Shown here: positions 34,246-47,300 of the stretch, piece by piece
Position numbering within the stretch: position 1 is the first letter of the stretch
Layout: every line of letters starts with the position of its first letter
From: Octopus bimaculoides
Taxonomy: Eukaryota
Direction of reading: 5' to 3'
Length of the DNA stretch: 64,000 nucleotides
Assembly (NCBI RefSeq): GCF_001194135.2
Contig: NC_068984.1
Span: 128,554,989-128,618,988, forward strand
Translations under genes and position numbers: made by a program
Notes under the pieces: model-generated
Database searches by the model: none
The model's input: only the letters and a program-made list of their open reading frames with translations
What the model was told of the DNA's origin: nothing

Positions 34246-35419
34246 ACGATGAAAGCAGTCACAAAATAAAACTGCGATCTTCAAAGCACTTTTAATTTTA
34301 ATTTTAGAGCTGTTTCATATTTTTTTAGCTTGTCATTTATTTATTAAATGCAATCATTTGGAACATTTTCGGAAAATTCAACATGAAATTGATTCCTTTT
34401 TCTCTCAACATAGGAATGAAAACGAGGCCAGCATCTAGCTCCAGGTGAAAGTTGTATTATAGAATGTCTAACTACAAAGCTAAAATTCTTTTCGAAAATA
34501 TCGATACCAGGCGGAAGCTAAGATCACGTTTGAACTCAGCACGGAAAAATATATGTAGACAAACAAAAAAATCCAGATTAATAACACCCATATTATCTAA
34601 TGTATGAAGTAGAGACAGCCTAAAATATATCAGATTTGCAATATGCAGTGTACTAGTTGATGCAATAGCATTTATGATAAATATGAGTAGAAATAAATCG
34701 AACCAGGTAGGGGAGAACGAAATGAAAACTGGAATGTACGACTGACAATCAGTTGGCAGAACAGAAATATAGAAAGAAGTGAAGAAATGTAAGATATTGC
34801 AACCAATTTTTTAATGTTATATGGAAAAATGAGTAAAATATAGACGAGAAAGTTAGCCTAGTTCAAAGAGAAAAAAAATATATATATTGCCATAGAAAAT
34901 ATCAGTTGAAGAAATAATTGTACATATATTATTGACATAGGAGATTTTATTGAGAAATGATGCAAAGAAAACACGAAATAAGATTATATCAAGTTTCACC
35001 TCAATATGGAAAAATAAATCGTCAAGTAATTAAGTCTTGGGTGGTCAGTGTCGAGTGATGCGGACATAATTATCGAGGTGGAAGCGATGAGGTAGTAAAC
35101 CTCTAATGCTTGCAATATATTTTTCCTTCTGTCCTTTTTTTTTAATTAATCAAATATAGTGCTCATAAAATTGATATGTCCTGCCATACTGGTGAAATTG
35201 ATGTAACTGATGCTCAGTTTGGACATCCATAGATCGATGTCTGTAGAGAAATGTGAGCGACGAAGTAATTTTTGTTTCTACGCTATGGTGTTGGACAATC
35301 TTAAAACATTTAAAAACTAATTTTACAAAACAAAGCAATTTCACTGCTTATTTTTCAATACTCACCCCTACTAAAGGGAAGGTTGGTTTTCCTCCAAAAG
35401 TACTGTTTTGAATAGCATG

Positions 35420-35610
35420 ATAATGGTTTCAAATTTTGGCACAAAAGTCGATTACATCGACTCCAATGCTTAGCAAGTATTCACTTTATCGACACTCCGA
35501 AAGGCAAAATCAACCGCGGCAGAATTTGAACTCAGAACGTAAAGAACCGGAAAAAATATCGCTTAACATTTTGTCCGGCACGCTAACGATTCTGCTAGCT
35601 CGCCGCCTTT
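35420..35610 (-). mobile_element. SINE family A copy (internally deleted)
   Basis: Matches the reverse complement of family A. Confidence 0.7.
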
Positions 35611-36930
35611 GTGACTAGCATCATAGTACGAGATGAAGATAAAGAAGATTCTTAAAATATCCTAATCGATCAATTTCATATTGCGACAAATCTGATACAA
35701 AAAAAAGCAATGAAAGAAATAACGTAAGAAATACGTCATAAAGAAGAAAAAATACAGAATAAATAAAATTTAATATATTATAGAATCACGAAGAAAATAA
35801 GAATTCATACCTTTTTTGATATTTCAATTTCCTGCTTATTATGTATTCTTATATTACTTTGAAATGCAACAAACTTTAAGAAACGATCTAGTGTCGTGGT
35901 CAGTCAAGTTGGGCACGAAGTATTCTCATTAGTCAACAACAGGATACATTCTGCTTATATAGGGAACATTGTCAACATTGACATTTGGGGAGGTAAAAAA
36001 TTTGCTTGTTTACTTTGAAACTTCTGTATGCAGCCCCCAGTATTAGCCCACTCCAAACACACATTTCCACTCTAACTTATTCCCTGTAACTTTCACCTTG
36101 TGTGTTTAAGCCAATTCAATTTAGACCTTCCTTAATGAGGTTACGCCTCGAGACTTGATATTTTCCCTGTCGAAATTAATTAGTCTTAATTTCAAATTCA
36201 GCTCATATCATTGACACAAGCAGTTAACTTTTTCTCCACCTCAGAAATCATATTGCTTTAATTGTATTTTGTTTCTTTTGTTTGGGTTCCAAAAATAGAA
36301 AATGGATTGCTTCTTTTTATTAATCTGTGAATTAAAAATAAATTTCGGCAACACATTTACATATATCTATCTACAAACTCACACGTAACCATACATACCA
36401 AACACAGGTATATGCACATACACATAACTATATATTTTATATAAGGCTTGTCGAATAGAAATTGCAACATATTGTGCATCGTCAGAAAATATTACTCCCT
36501 CTAGTGAGGCCGATCAATACTGATGCTACTAGAGGATATTCAGGTTATTCCCATATTATAGATATCTTTTACACCTCTTGTTAGCTATTTCTACAACAAA
36601 GCCCAGTCCATGTGCCTCAATGATCCTGAGAACTATGTCTTTGGAGTGCAAGCTCGCTCCTTGCAGGACGAAAATGGACTATTTCTTCTCTGAGGTAAAA
36701 ATGGGTTTACGAGGGGCCAAACTCTCTACTTACAAAAAAAAAAAAAAAAAAAAAAAAAGTAACAGAAGTATTGATGGCAATCCAGAACCAGAGCCAAATG
36801 ACGTGTCAGACCCTAACCTAAAACCCATACAGGAGGCAGAAAAGAAAACGACCCCCCAAACCTGGAGGTGGGATACTGAGGTAGTTTTGAAAAAATAAGG
36901 ATCCAGCGGGAGAGAAGAAAAGACAGCCGT

Positions 36931-37258
36931 GAAGCACTACATAGAGAACATAACCCGTGCATATATGTCTAATTTTTCAGAAATTACCGCGCATGTGCGG
37001 AATACCTAATCGGCAGCAAATACAAAAAAATGCCGATTTTTCAGAAATTAGTCAAAAAACATTTTATAATTAATAAGTCTTAGGGTAGCAAAAAATTAAG
37101 AAATTTAATTCACTACCAGTGGTGTAGCGAGAAAAAAAATTAGTCAACAGACTTTATATTATTCAATGTAAAATACAGTGTACATTTAATACACATGCGC
37201 GGTAATTTTTGAAAAATTAGACGTATATACACAAGTCATGTTCTCTATGTAGTGCCTC
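36931..37258. mobile_element. MITE with imperfect TIRs of about 70 bp
   Basis: gaagcactacatagagaacat...aattaccgcgcatgtg mirrors cacatgcgcggtaatt...atgttctctatgtagtgcctc. Confidence 0.8.
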
Positions 37259-38289
37259 GTGCATACATGTCGATCTAGGCTATTTCGCTGATGATAGTTG
37301 GCCTTGCAAAATAGTTTGTTTTGCTAAAATAACTTGAAACCTGGTTCGAAATATAGATGGTAAATGTTTTTATTTTTCATTCCTTTTCGAAATTATCCCT
37401 AATTTTGTGGTGTAGAGCTTTGGCTTCTCTTTCTAGCGGGTCAGTGTCCTTTTATGGGCATCTCTAATGTGTATTAAATGTACACTGTATTTTACATGTA
37501 TGTATGTATGTATGTATATATATNNNNNNNNNNNNNNNNNNNNNNNNNNNNNNNNNNNNNNNNNNNNNNNNNNNNNNNNNNNNNNNNNNNNNNNNNNNNN
37601 NNNNNNNNNNNNNNNNNNNNNNNNNNNNNNNNNNNNNNNNNNNNNNNNNNNNNNNNNNNNNNNNNNNNNNNNNNNNNNNNNNNNNNNNNNNNNNNNNNNN
37701 NNNNNNNNNNNNNNNNNNNNNNNNNNNNNNNNNNNNNNNNNNNNNNNNNNNNNNNNNNNNNNNNNNNNNNNNNNNNNNNNNNNNNNNNNNNNNNNNNNNN
37801 NNNNNNNNNNNNNNNNNNNNNNNNNNNNNNNNNNNNNNNNNNNNNNNNNNNNNNNNNNNNNNNNNNNNNNNNNNNNNNNNNNNNAAAATACAAAGAAGCA
37901 TTTTTTGTCCAGTGAAGTTTCAAAGAACTTGGTATAAAAAACTCTTTTTCGTTATTACGACGACAGCAACGATAACTTGAGTATATCGCAGAAACAGCAC
38001 ATTTACTAACAATATATTTTTAATTGTCAATAAAATGTAGGACACAAGACACACAAACACACAAACGTTATTTCAAAGCTTCAGTCGCTTACCAGTTTTG
38101 ACTGTTTATCTGCATTTTTGTGCGTAGGGGTGGGCAAGGATTTTTCTTTAAGTGGAAGTCTAGCTGTTGACTGTGCAATGCAAGCCTCGCCACTCCAGAC
38201 CACCGCCGCTAAGCATTTTGTCCGGCGCGGTAGCAATTTTCCCAGTTGCCAACTTTATGAATAATAATAATAAATAATAATAATAATAA

Positions 38290-38500
38290 TGGTTTCAAAT
38301 TTTGCTACTGGACAGCCATTTTGGGGAGGGGATGAATCGATCACATCGACCCCAGTGTTGAGCTGGTACTCAATTTATCGACCCCCAAAAGGATGAAAGA
38401 CAAAGTCGATCTCGGCAGAATTTGAACTCAAAACGTAACGACGACTAAATACCGCTAAGCATTTCGCCTGGCTTGCTAACGATTCTGCCAGCTCACCGCC
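38290..38500 (-). mobile_element. SINE family A copy
   Basis: Matches the reverse complement of family A. Confidence 0.75.
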
Positions 38501-38502
38501 TT

Positions 38503-38542
<40 letters not shown>

Positions 38543-38544
38543 CA

Positions 38545-38943
38545 GATTTGCTTGTTGGTTGTTTGACCTTAACCAGTTGAGCATGTCCCTTGGTGGCTGA
38601 CGATATGTGCATCTCTGATCATGAGCAGAAGTAGTGTGCCGAGTGGAATTTTTTTGGGTTTGAATAATTCACCTTTGGAAACATGGGTGTTTTGCTCAAC
38701 ATCCTTAAACAAACCTTATTCAGGGACCTTTTGAGCAGGATGGGCTACTCGACCTGGAGAAAATTCTAACACCTGCAAGGTCATGCGATGTTTATCTTGA
38801 TATGAGATCACCATGTCGCGCAAATATGGTTGTGATGCATGTGCCTGGTGTACCCTTATCAGACAGGTAGTCATGATGGGTATACTGGGCTTCGTACATT
38901 TTACCCCAGTGTCACTTTGATGGCATGCACCCCTCTCTCACTC

Positions 38944-38989
<46 letters not shown>

Positions 38990-38990
38990 N
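38545..38990 (+). mobile_element. Retroposon family E with (AAT)n tail; inverted copy at about 52640-53120
   Basis: catccttaaacaaaccttattcagggaccttttgag...ttttaccccagtgtcactttgatggcatgcac...(aat)n is shared with the reverse-complement copy. Confidence 0.8.
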
Positions 38991-40379
38991 NNNNNNNNNN
39001 NNNNNNNNNNNNNNNNNNNNNNNNNNNNNNNNNNNNNNNNNNNNNNNNNNNNNNNNNNNNNNNNNNNNNNNNNNNNNNNNNNNNNNNNNNNNNNNNNNNN
39101 NNNNNNNNNNNNNNNNNNNNNNNNNNNNNNNNNNNNNNNNNNNNNNNNNNNNNNNNNNNNNNNNNNNNNNNNNNNNNNNNNNNNNNNNNNNNNNNNNNNN
39201 NNNNNNNNNNNNNNNNNNNNNNNNNNNNNNNNNNNNNNNNNNNNNNNNNNNNNNNNNNNNNNNNNNNNNNNNNNNNNNNNNNNNNNNNNNNNNNNNNNNN
39301 NNNNNNNNNNNNNNNNNNNNNNNNNNNNNNNNNNNNNNNNNNNNNNNNNNNNNNNNNNNNNNNNNNNNNNNNNNNNNNNNNNNNNNNNNNNNNNNNNNNN
39401 NNNNNNNNNNNNNNNNNNNNNNNNNNNNNNNNNNNNNNNNNNNNNNNNNNNNNNNNNNNNNNNNNNNNNNNNNNNNNNNNNNNNNNNNNNNNNNNNNNNN
39501 NNNNNNNNNNNNNNNNNNNNNNNNNNNNNNNNNNNNNNNNNNNNNNNNNNNNNNNNNNNNNNNNNNNNNNNNNNNNNNNNNNNNNNNNNNNNNNNNNNNN
39601 NNNNNNNNNNNNNNNNNNNNNNNNNNNNNNNNNNNNNNNNNNNNNNNNNNNNNNNNNNNNNNNNNNNNNNNNNNNNNNNNNNNNNNNNNNNNNNNNNNNN
39701 NNNNNNNNNNNNNNNNNNNNNNNNNNNNNNNNNNNNNNNNNNNNNNNNNNNNNNNNNNNNNNNNNNNNNNNNNNNNNNNNNNNNNNNNNNNNNNNNNNNN
39801 NNNNNNNNNNNNNNNNNNNNNNNNNNNNNNNNNNNNNNNNNNNNNNNNNNNNNNNNNNNNNNNNNNNNNNNNNNNNNNNNNNNATATATGCATATATTCA
39901 TACATATATGTACATACCTATATCTATATGTATACATACATGCATATATGGGTACAGGACATCAGAAAAAAACGTTAAACACAATGAGAAACGAAAACAG
40001 AAAACGATCTTTTTTTGAACAATGAGAAAAAAATACAGAGACGAGACATGCAACATAAAGAATATTTCCCTTCATCAAATGACCCTGCTCCATCTACTCC
40101 GCGTTTCGAAGGCAAGGACAATACGCAACTTTGTTGGAACAGTCCTTCCCGCAAAGCAAATTAAATAAAATTTGGAATTTTTTGCGGAGGGTGAAAGTGT
40201 TAACAAGAACAGGACAGTGAGACAGTAAAAACAAACAATAAGGGCTGTTAGGCCTAGACGATAGAAAAATTATCATTTTTTGTACGCTAGTAGACGTGAA
40301 TGAGAGAAGAGACAAGAGACAGAAATCACATCTTCTCTATAAAAAGCCAGCGGATAGAATCGTCTTGACCTGGATAGAA

Positions 40380-40815
40380 TCGTCTTGTCACTGGAATCCC
40401 TGTATTTCATGGCCTCTCTTGTTCTTGACATCATGAACTCGAGCAGGTATGGAAGTGAAAAGACATTTACATACAAGTCGGCTTCATGAGTATATTGTCA
40501 TGGAATACAAATAAAGTAGAAGGATTGATGTAATAGTCTTATCGGGTGAACCATAACTTATATCATAATGATATCTATTATGATTATTCATAATTATTTT
40601 GTAACTACCTGCAACTCTCTGACAGCACTCTACTCCTTCCGTGTACAAACTTCAATGCCATCCTGTGCTACTTTTTTTGTCACTGGAATCCCTGTACTTC
40701 TTGTTCTTGACATCATGAACTCCTCTGAGAGGTCACTGAACGAGAGTTGCAAGGTATTGACTGACCAGTTCAGAGCGATACTGCTTCGGCTCCTTGATAA
40801 GCTAAGCCACCTCGA
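40380..40815 (-). mobile_element. HERO/R2-NeSL-like non-LTR retrotransposon fragments (partly duplicated)
   Basis: NTLQLSFSDLSEEFMMSRTR...KVAQDGIEVCTRK and EFMMSRTREAMKYRDSSDK match the LQLPFSSLxEEFxVTRTRExxxYRDSSDPKVxxAGIEVRTGRKW motif. The clade label is tentative. Confidence 0.6.
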
Positions 40816-41869
40816 AAAAAAAACAAAAAAAACTGCACGTGCATACATACGCTAGAGATGTTTATCATCCTACAACACAGCCAGATGTTACGACTCATGT
40901 CTCCTCAGATACGATTCATAAATATGCTTTTCGTATGCTGTAAATGCGAAGTTAGGGTAGAGAATTGGTGGAGATGATAATAATACACATAATAATTTAG
41001 GATGGTAACGAAATTACAAGTAAAATCAAAATTCTAGAAGAACATGATGATATATAATATCGTGAGAAAAAAGTAAATTATAAATGAAATGCTATTGATG
41101 AAGAAAGCAGTAGTAAGATTGAAACACACGGAGAGAATATAAAGGTTGTAATTATAGATATGAAAATGCATTAACATAGAAAAGAATAAAGATAACTCTA
41201 TTGTGTTAAAGTGTAGAGTGAAAAGGCACTAGGAAAGGAGGGAGTGATATTTGGGCAATGTTGAATGGTAAAGGTTTCAAATTAAAAGAGAATTGAAGAG
41301 GAAATAGGTTAAGAGAAGTCAGGAAGTCAGGTCGTGCTTGGAACATATTGGTGGTGATGGGGTGGGGTGTTAGTGCGATTGGGGTTGACTGGGTGGTACT
41401 GTTGTTTATGGAAGAAGAAATGAATGTAACAGAAAGGCGAGAAAAGGTTAAATGTAAAATACTTTAAAAGACTTTTAGAGGTAATAGGTTAAGCAAAGTA
41501 GTTAGTACGAGCGAATAAGCTAGGAAAATTAGGTCGTGTAAGGTTGAAGTATAAAGTAAATGAACATAAAGAGGGGAGGGGCTGGGCAAAGGCGAATCTT
41601 AAAAGTTTGCAAGATTATAAGATTAAGTAGGATAGTCTAGGTTATGTAAGGTACTAGAAATAAGTATAAGTGGTTGGGCGTAGTTGGGTAGTAGTTTTGT
41701 TTATAGAGGAAGGAATAGAAAACAAGATAAAAATGATGCCGGAGAAGTAGGGTATATATATATNNNNNNNNNNNNNNNNNNNNNNNNNNNNNNNNNNNNN
41801 NNNNNNNNNNNNNNNNNNNNNNNNNNNNNNNNNNNNNNNNNNNNNNNNNNNNNNNNNNNNNNNNNNNNN

Positions 41870-41920
<51 letters not shown>

Positions 41921-42372
41921 TAGAGACAAGGAGAAGAACAGAATAAAAAGAAATCAAGCGAAAGAAGTAGAAAATAATAGATTCAAGTAAAAAAATGTAT
42001 TGATATGAATAGTAAGTTTGAAATACAAATAGAATAGGAGTTAAAAATCAACATCAGCAACGAAACCCTGATAATAGAAGAGGTTTGAATGTGCTGAGGC
42101 CTGTCCTGCTATATTACACAATTGATCAAGCTTAATAATATGTTTAGAGTATTATCATAACTTGTGGTTGGTAAATTCTAGGTCAGCTCTGGATGAACAG
42201 ACCTATAATCATAGACGTTCTAGCAGTGACCATTCTGTGGTTTTGTATATCCAACAGTACATTTTCCAGTGTGTCCTTCCTTTATTGAAAACAAGACGTG
42301 ATCTGAAGGAGATTTGGCAGTTATTTCTAGCAAGTTGAGCGACAACACACAAGACCCCCACTTCATCTGTTG

Positions 42373-42755
42373 TTGTTGGCACTCCGTCGCTTACGACATC
42401 GAGGGTTCCAGTTGATCCGATCAACGGAACAGCCTGCTCGTGAAATTAACGTGCAAGTGGCTGAGCACTCCACAGACACGTGTAACCTTAACGTAGTTCT
42501 CGGGGATATTCAGCGTGACACAGTGTGACAAGACTGACCCTTTGAAATACAGGTACACCAGAAACAGGAAGTAAGAGTGAGAGAAAGTTGTGGTGGAAGA
42601 GTAGAGCAGGGTTCGCCACCATCCCCTGCCGGAGCCTCGTGTAGCTTTGGGTGTTTTCACTCAATAAACACTCACAACGCCCGGTCTGGGAATCGAAACC
42701 GCGATCCTATGACCGCGAGTCCGCTGTCCTTACCACTGGGCCATTGCGCCTCCAC
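42373..42755 (-). mobile_element. tRNA-derived SINE family D copy
   Basis: Near-identical to 24060-24442. Confidence 0.85.
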
Positions 42756-43511
42756 TCATCTGTTGTAGTCGTTGGTAAACCAAGTTTTATGACACTAGCA
42801 GACCTGACTGCTCGAACTTTACTTTTAAATTTAAGTAATAAAATGAATATTTGCGAAACTATGTTAAGCTTAGTATTTTAAGGTCCCGAACATACAGCTT
42901 GTCATTAAATCAAATTTAGATATCTCTTTCGGCGTATTTGATGTTCTCGATATTTCTAAAAAGACAGTAAAAGTAATGCCAGCACATTTGAAAGCTGCAA
43001 CAAAATTCTATAAGTAAAAATAATATATTTTTTTCCACACACCATATAATTCCCTTATCACATCTATAATCACGCATCCTTTCAATATATTTACAATAAT
43101 AATATGACTTTCTAGGTTTCAAAACCCTAGCTTACTATTAATTATTGATCATTTCTATACTAAATATGATAGATTAAAAATTTGTAATTGTATATTTTGT
43201 ATAAGTTACTTTTTTTTTTCTTGTAGCATTGCCAAGAACAGTTTGTCTACAGGAATGACATTAAGTATACATTTGAGATGAAAAGTGACGTTTGATGTTT
43301 TGAAGTAGTTTATATTCAAAATAATCCAAAAAGACACGATTTTATGAGTTGAACAGAAACGGAATCAGGAAAAAATTTCCATATATTTCTCTAAGTATAT
43401 TCTCTTTCACTTTCTTTTTTTTTATAGCTATTTTAGCAAAAGAAACATATAACACACATATACACATACTCAATATTAAAGTATATATATACTTAATAAA
43501 TACAATCATAT

Positions 43512-43560
<49 letters not shown>

Positions 43561-43790
43561 NNNNNNNNNNNNNNNNNNNNNNNNNNNNNNNNNNNNNNNN
43601 NNNNNNNNNNNNNNNNNNNNNNNNNNNNNNNNNNNNNNNNNNNNNNNNNNNNNNNNNNNNNNNNNNNNNNNNNNNNNNNNNNNNNNNNNNNNNNNNNNNN
43701 NNNNNNNNNNNNNNNNNNNNNNNNNNNNNNNNNNNNNNNNNNNNNNNNNNNNNNNNNNNNNNNNNNNNNNNNNNNNNNNNNNNNNNNNNN

Positions 43791-43831
<41 letters not shown>

Positions 43832-43989
43832 ACCATTAAAATATAGAATACGTTTTAAACCAGAAGTCAAAAAGAATTGGTCAGACAATATCGGAGTTTA
43901 CAAATGTCTTGTTAAAGATGCAGTTAGCATAAAGATAATTTATTTCAGAGTCCAATGGTTTCTAAAGGGTTGTGAAACACTAACGTGGT

Positions 43990-44410
43990 ACATAGCCATG
44001 ACTATATGGTTAAGAAATCCTCTTTGCAACCACATGGTGTAGGGGTACAGTCCCACTGCGTGACACCTCGGGCAAATGTCTTGACTCGTAGGTGAATTTC
44101 ATAGACAGAAACCGTATGGAAGCCCGTCATACACCCCCACACTCATATATGTGTATATATGTAAATGTGTGCGCGCGAGTGCGTGTGTGCATGCGCGTGT
44201 GTGTGAGACTGTATTTTCCCTCTCTTACTACTTGACAGCCTGTGTTGATTTATTTCTCGTCCTGTAACTTAGCGGCTCGGCATAAGTGACCGATAGAATT
44301 AGTACCAGACTTTAAACAACAAGTCCTGGTACCGAATTATTTGACTAAAACCCTTCAAAGCGCTGCCCCAGCATGGCCGCAGTGCAATGACAGACACAAA
44401 TAAAAAACAA
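43990..44410 (+). mobile_element. SINE family B copy
   Basis: cagtcccactgcgtgacacctcgggcaaatgtc...cagcatggccgcagtgcaatgac. Confidence 0.7.
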
Positions 44411-45178
44411 AAAATAGCGATAAAAATTGATATTGATTTGTGATATTGATTTAAAAAAATTACTTTACACCAAGACCTGGTTTATTCGTAAATATTATTT
44501 TAAAAGTAATATTACAAATCCCATATTTAATATGGATACATCATCGTCATATGTCGTTATTCACAATATTAAAGCTTTCAGTTACTCTATGCTGCATTAT
44601 GATATCGTAAGAATATATTCTTAATTTTATTTCTATGGAAATACGGTTACGTGTATGACATTCGTTTACGTTATGGAATATTTAAATGTTCATTTGATAA
44701 AATAAGTTAGTTATAATTGGAAGGAAACTGTAAAACTATGCGAACATCGGCCCCTATAAATCACAATTCACTGTAACAGTAGCTTTCTGTGCCTTGGTGT
44801 GCAAGAGCGCAGTAAATGTCTCTTAAGTTAGGATAATCTTCATTACAGTTTAAGCAATAATGAAGGTAGTATTAACTTTAAGAGATATTAACGGTGGAGA
44901 ACATTCCATGTTATTACACACAACGACAAGAAGCCAGCAATTGTAAGGGAGAAGGAGAAATTGTAATGTTTACATCGTTTACAAGAGTGTTGGTGAAAAT
45001 GAATCAAATAAAGTAGTTCTTAAACGAGAACTGGAACTGGATTTTCGTCTCGACTCATCAAAACTTTTACTTCTATGCACCTCGTCGCAAGCATATGAAT
45101 AACACTGTTATAACTACAGATGTCGCCCTGAAAACTGTCAAACAGTATTGTGTTAGTCATGGAAAGTATTGCCTAAAT

Positions 45179-45682
45179 CAGGGGTCGCCAAAGGGGATCC
45201 GAGGGACCCCCTAGGTTTCGGTGAAGAATTACAGGGGGTCGATGATAGCCAAGGGGTCGAATGGGGGTCGGCGTACGAAAGACCAGCTCACTCAAATGAA
45301 CTGCTGGAAATACTTAGTCAGTGCCATGCTCATCCCTCATATTGATGTTGTTAATTTCAATAAAAGATATTCCAGCAATATGATGCGTTTTTCACATTTT
45401 CTAACCGTGAAAACAATTTCATAGAGATTGAAAGTTTAATACTATATACTCGTACACGAAGTTTTAAATGTAAAAAATGTGTCATCTTCAATAGAATTTC
45501 TTAATTCGTCGTACATATATATTTTAGCTAATGTTTTAATTGCCAGCATGAGTACCCGGTACGCATTTGATATATGGTACGGTTGAGTAGGGTGTTAAGA
45601 TGTTTTAAATGAGGAGGGTGGTCAATGCGGAAGGAGAAGTGGCTAAAGGGGGTCGATGGTCGAAAAAGTTTAGTGACCCCTG
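45179..45682. mobile_element. hAT MITE
   Basis: TIR CAGGGGTCGCCAAA / TTTAGTGACCCCTG; 8-bp TSD gcctaaat / gcttaaat. Confidence 0.85.
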
Positions 45683-46899
45683 GCTTAAATAAAGAAAACG
45701 AAAAAGATGTATATATAACGTAAATTCTTAGTTCAAAAGTTAGAAAATGCTCCAAATCAACGAGGGACCCTTGAGAACGAGTTGATTGAGGAGCTTGTTT
45801 TGTAGAAAACTCGAAAGGTTACCGAAATTGACGTACGATGCTTGTAAAAATATTGATCTCTAACACTGGTACAGCACTATACCTTTCGGGAGATGGTATA
45901 CACAGTAGTGTAGCTGTAGGGGACAACACTTTAATAAGGGTAGCACATTTGAGTCTATTGTATCATCCTCTATAATCTTGGGAGCCCAGGGAGTGGCAAA
46001 CTTAAGGGATACCTCGGGCGGCACACACTCTAGCTCTGCCACTAGGTATAGTTGATTATATCGACTCCAGTGCTAAAATGATATTTTATTTTATTGATTC
46101 CGGAAGATAAAAGGTAAAGTTGATCTCGGCAGGATTTGAACTTGGAACATAAGAATAAAGGCTGTAACTAAATACTGACAAAGAATTTTTGCCAGATCCT
46201 TTCTACCAATTCACAGCCATGCGGCTGAAATACCTACCGATATTATTTTAGAAAAGAATTCAGTACAAAGACATCCAGAACGTTTATAATTCTCCACTGA
46301 TATCATAGATGTTATCTCTTCAAACATTCTAAAAATATGAGCTCAACTTGGTAGAAAGTGAACCCAAATATATATGGACATGTTGTACTTAAACATTGCT
46401 TTCAGAGCTGATTATTAGAAAATAGAGACATACAATCACGACCGACTTATGTATGTGTTTAGTTTATCAACATAAGCTAAGTACATACTTTAGTCGGTCA
46501 CGTACACATACATATAGACGGGGAGCCGAACTTCAGTTATAAGATAAAATATAATTATCTAACTTAACCGACATGTAAGAAATTCTCCCCTACTCTCTCT
46601 CTCTCTTCTCTTTTGCAGAGAATTTAACGATCAATCAGGACAAAAATAAAAAACTAAAATCAAGAACGTCTTTTAAACTATAAACTATTTTTGCTCTATA
46701 AGAAATGTCTAATTTCGTAAAATGCTGAATTTAGCTTAATTTATTTGTTTCAAGTTATGTCGTACTGATAATTCCCAAAAAAGAGATGAAATAGCGCTCT
46801 ACACATCTACCAGCGACTGGAAAGTAAGAACTTTATAATGTGTAGGTAGAAAAAATGTGTATGCTCTGTACACCTTTACACTTTTATTCTTTCATTCTT

Positions 46900-47100
46900 T
46901 TATTTGTTTTAGGTATTTGACTGCAGCCATGCTGGAGCACCACCATAAAGGGTTTTTTTTAGTCGAAAAAATCGACCCCATGACTTATTCTTTGTAAGCC
47001 TAGTACATATTCTATCAGTCTCTTTTGCCGAACTGCTAGAATACAGAGACGTAAGCACACCAACATCGGTTGTCAAGCGACAGTGTGGGACAGACAGTCA

Positions 47101-47161
<61 letters not shown>

Positions 47162-47300
47162 GACAGGCTTCCACAGAATTTCTGTCTACTAAATTCATTC
47201 ATAAGGTATTGTTAGTCCGGGACTATAGTCGTCACTTGCTCAGGGTGCTGCGCGGTAGTATTGAACTCGAAACCACATGATTGCAAAGCGAGCTTCTCAA
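46900..47300 (-). mobile_element. SINE family B copy with internal (CA)n
   Basis: Matches 32030-32435. Confidence 0.75.

Noticed and set aside
41000-41750. Purine-skewed region possibly a Penelope RT remnant
   Set aside because: Too degenerate to recover a diagnostic motif by eye.
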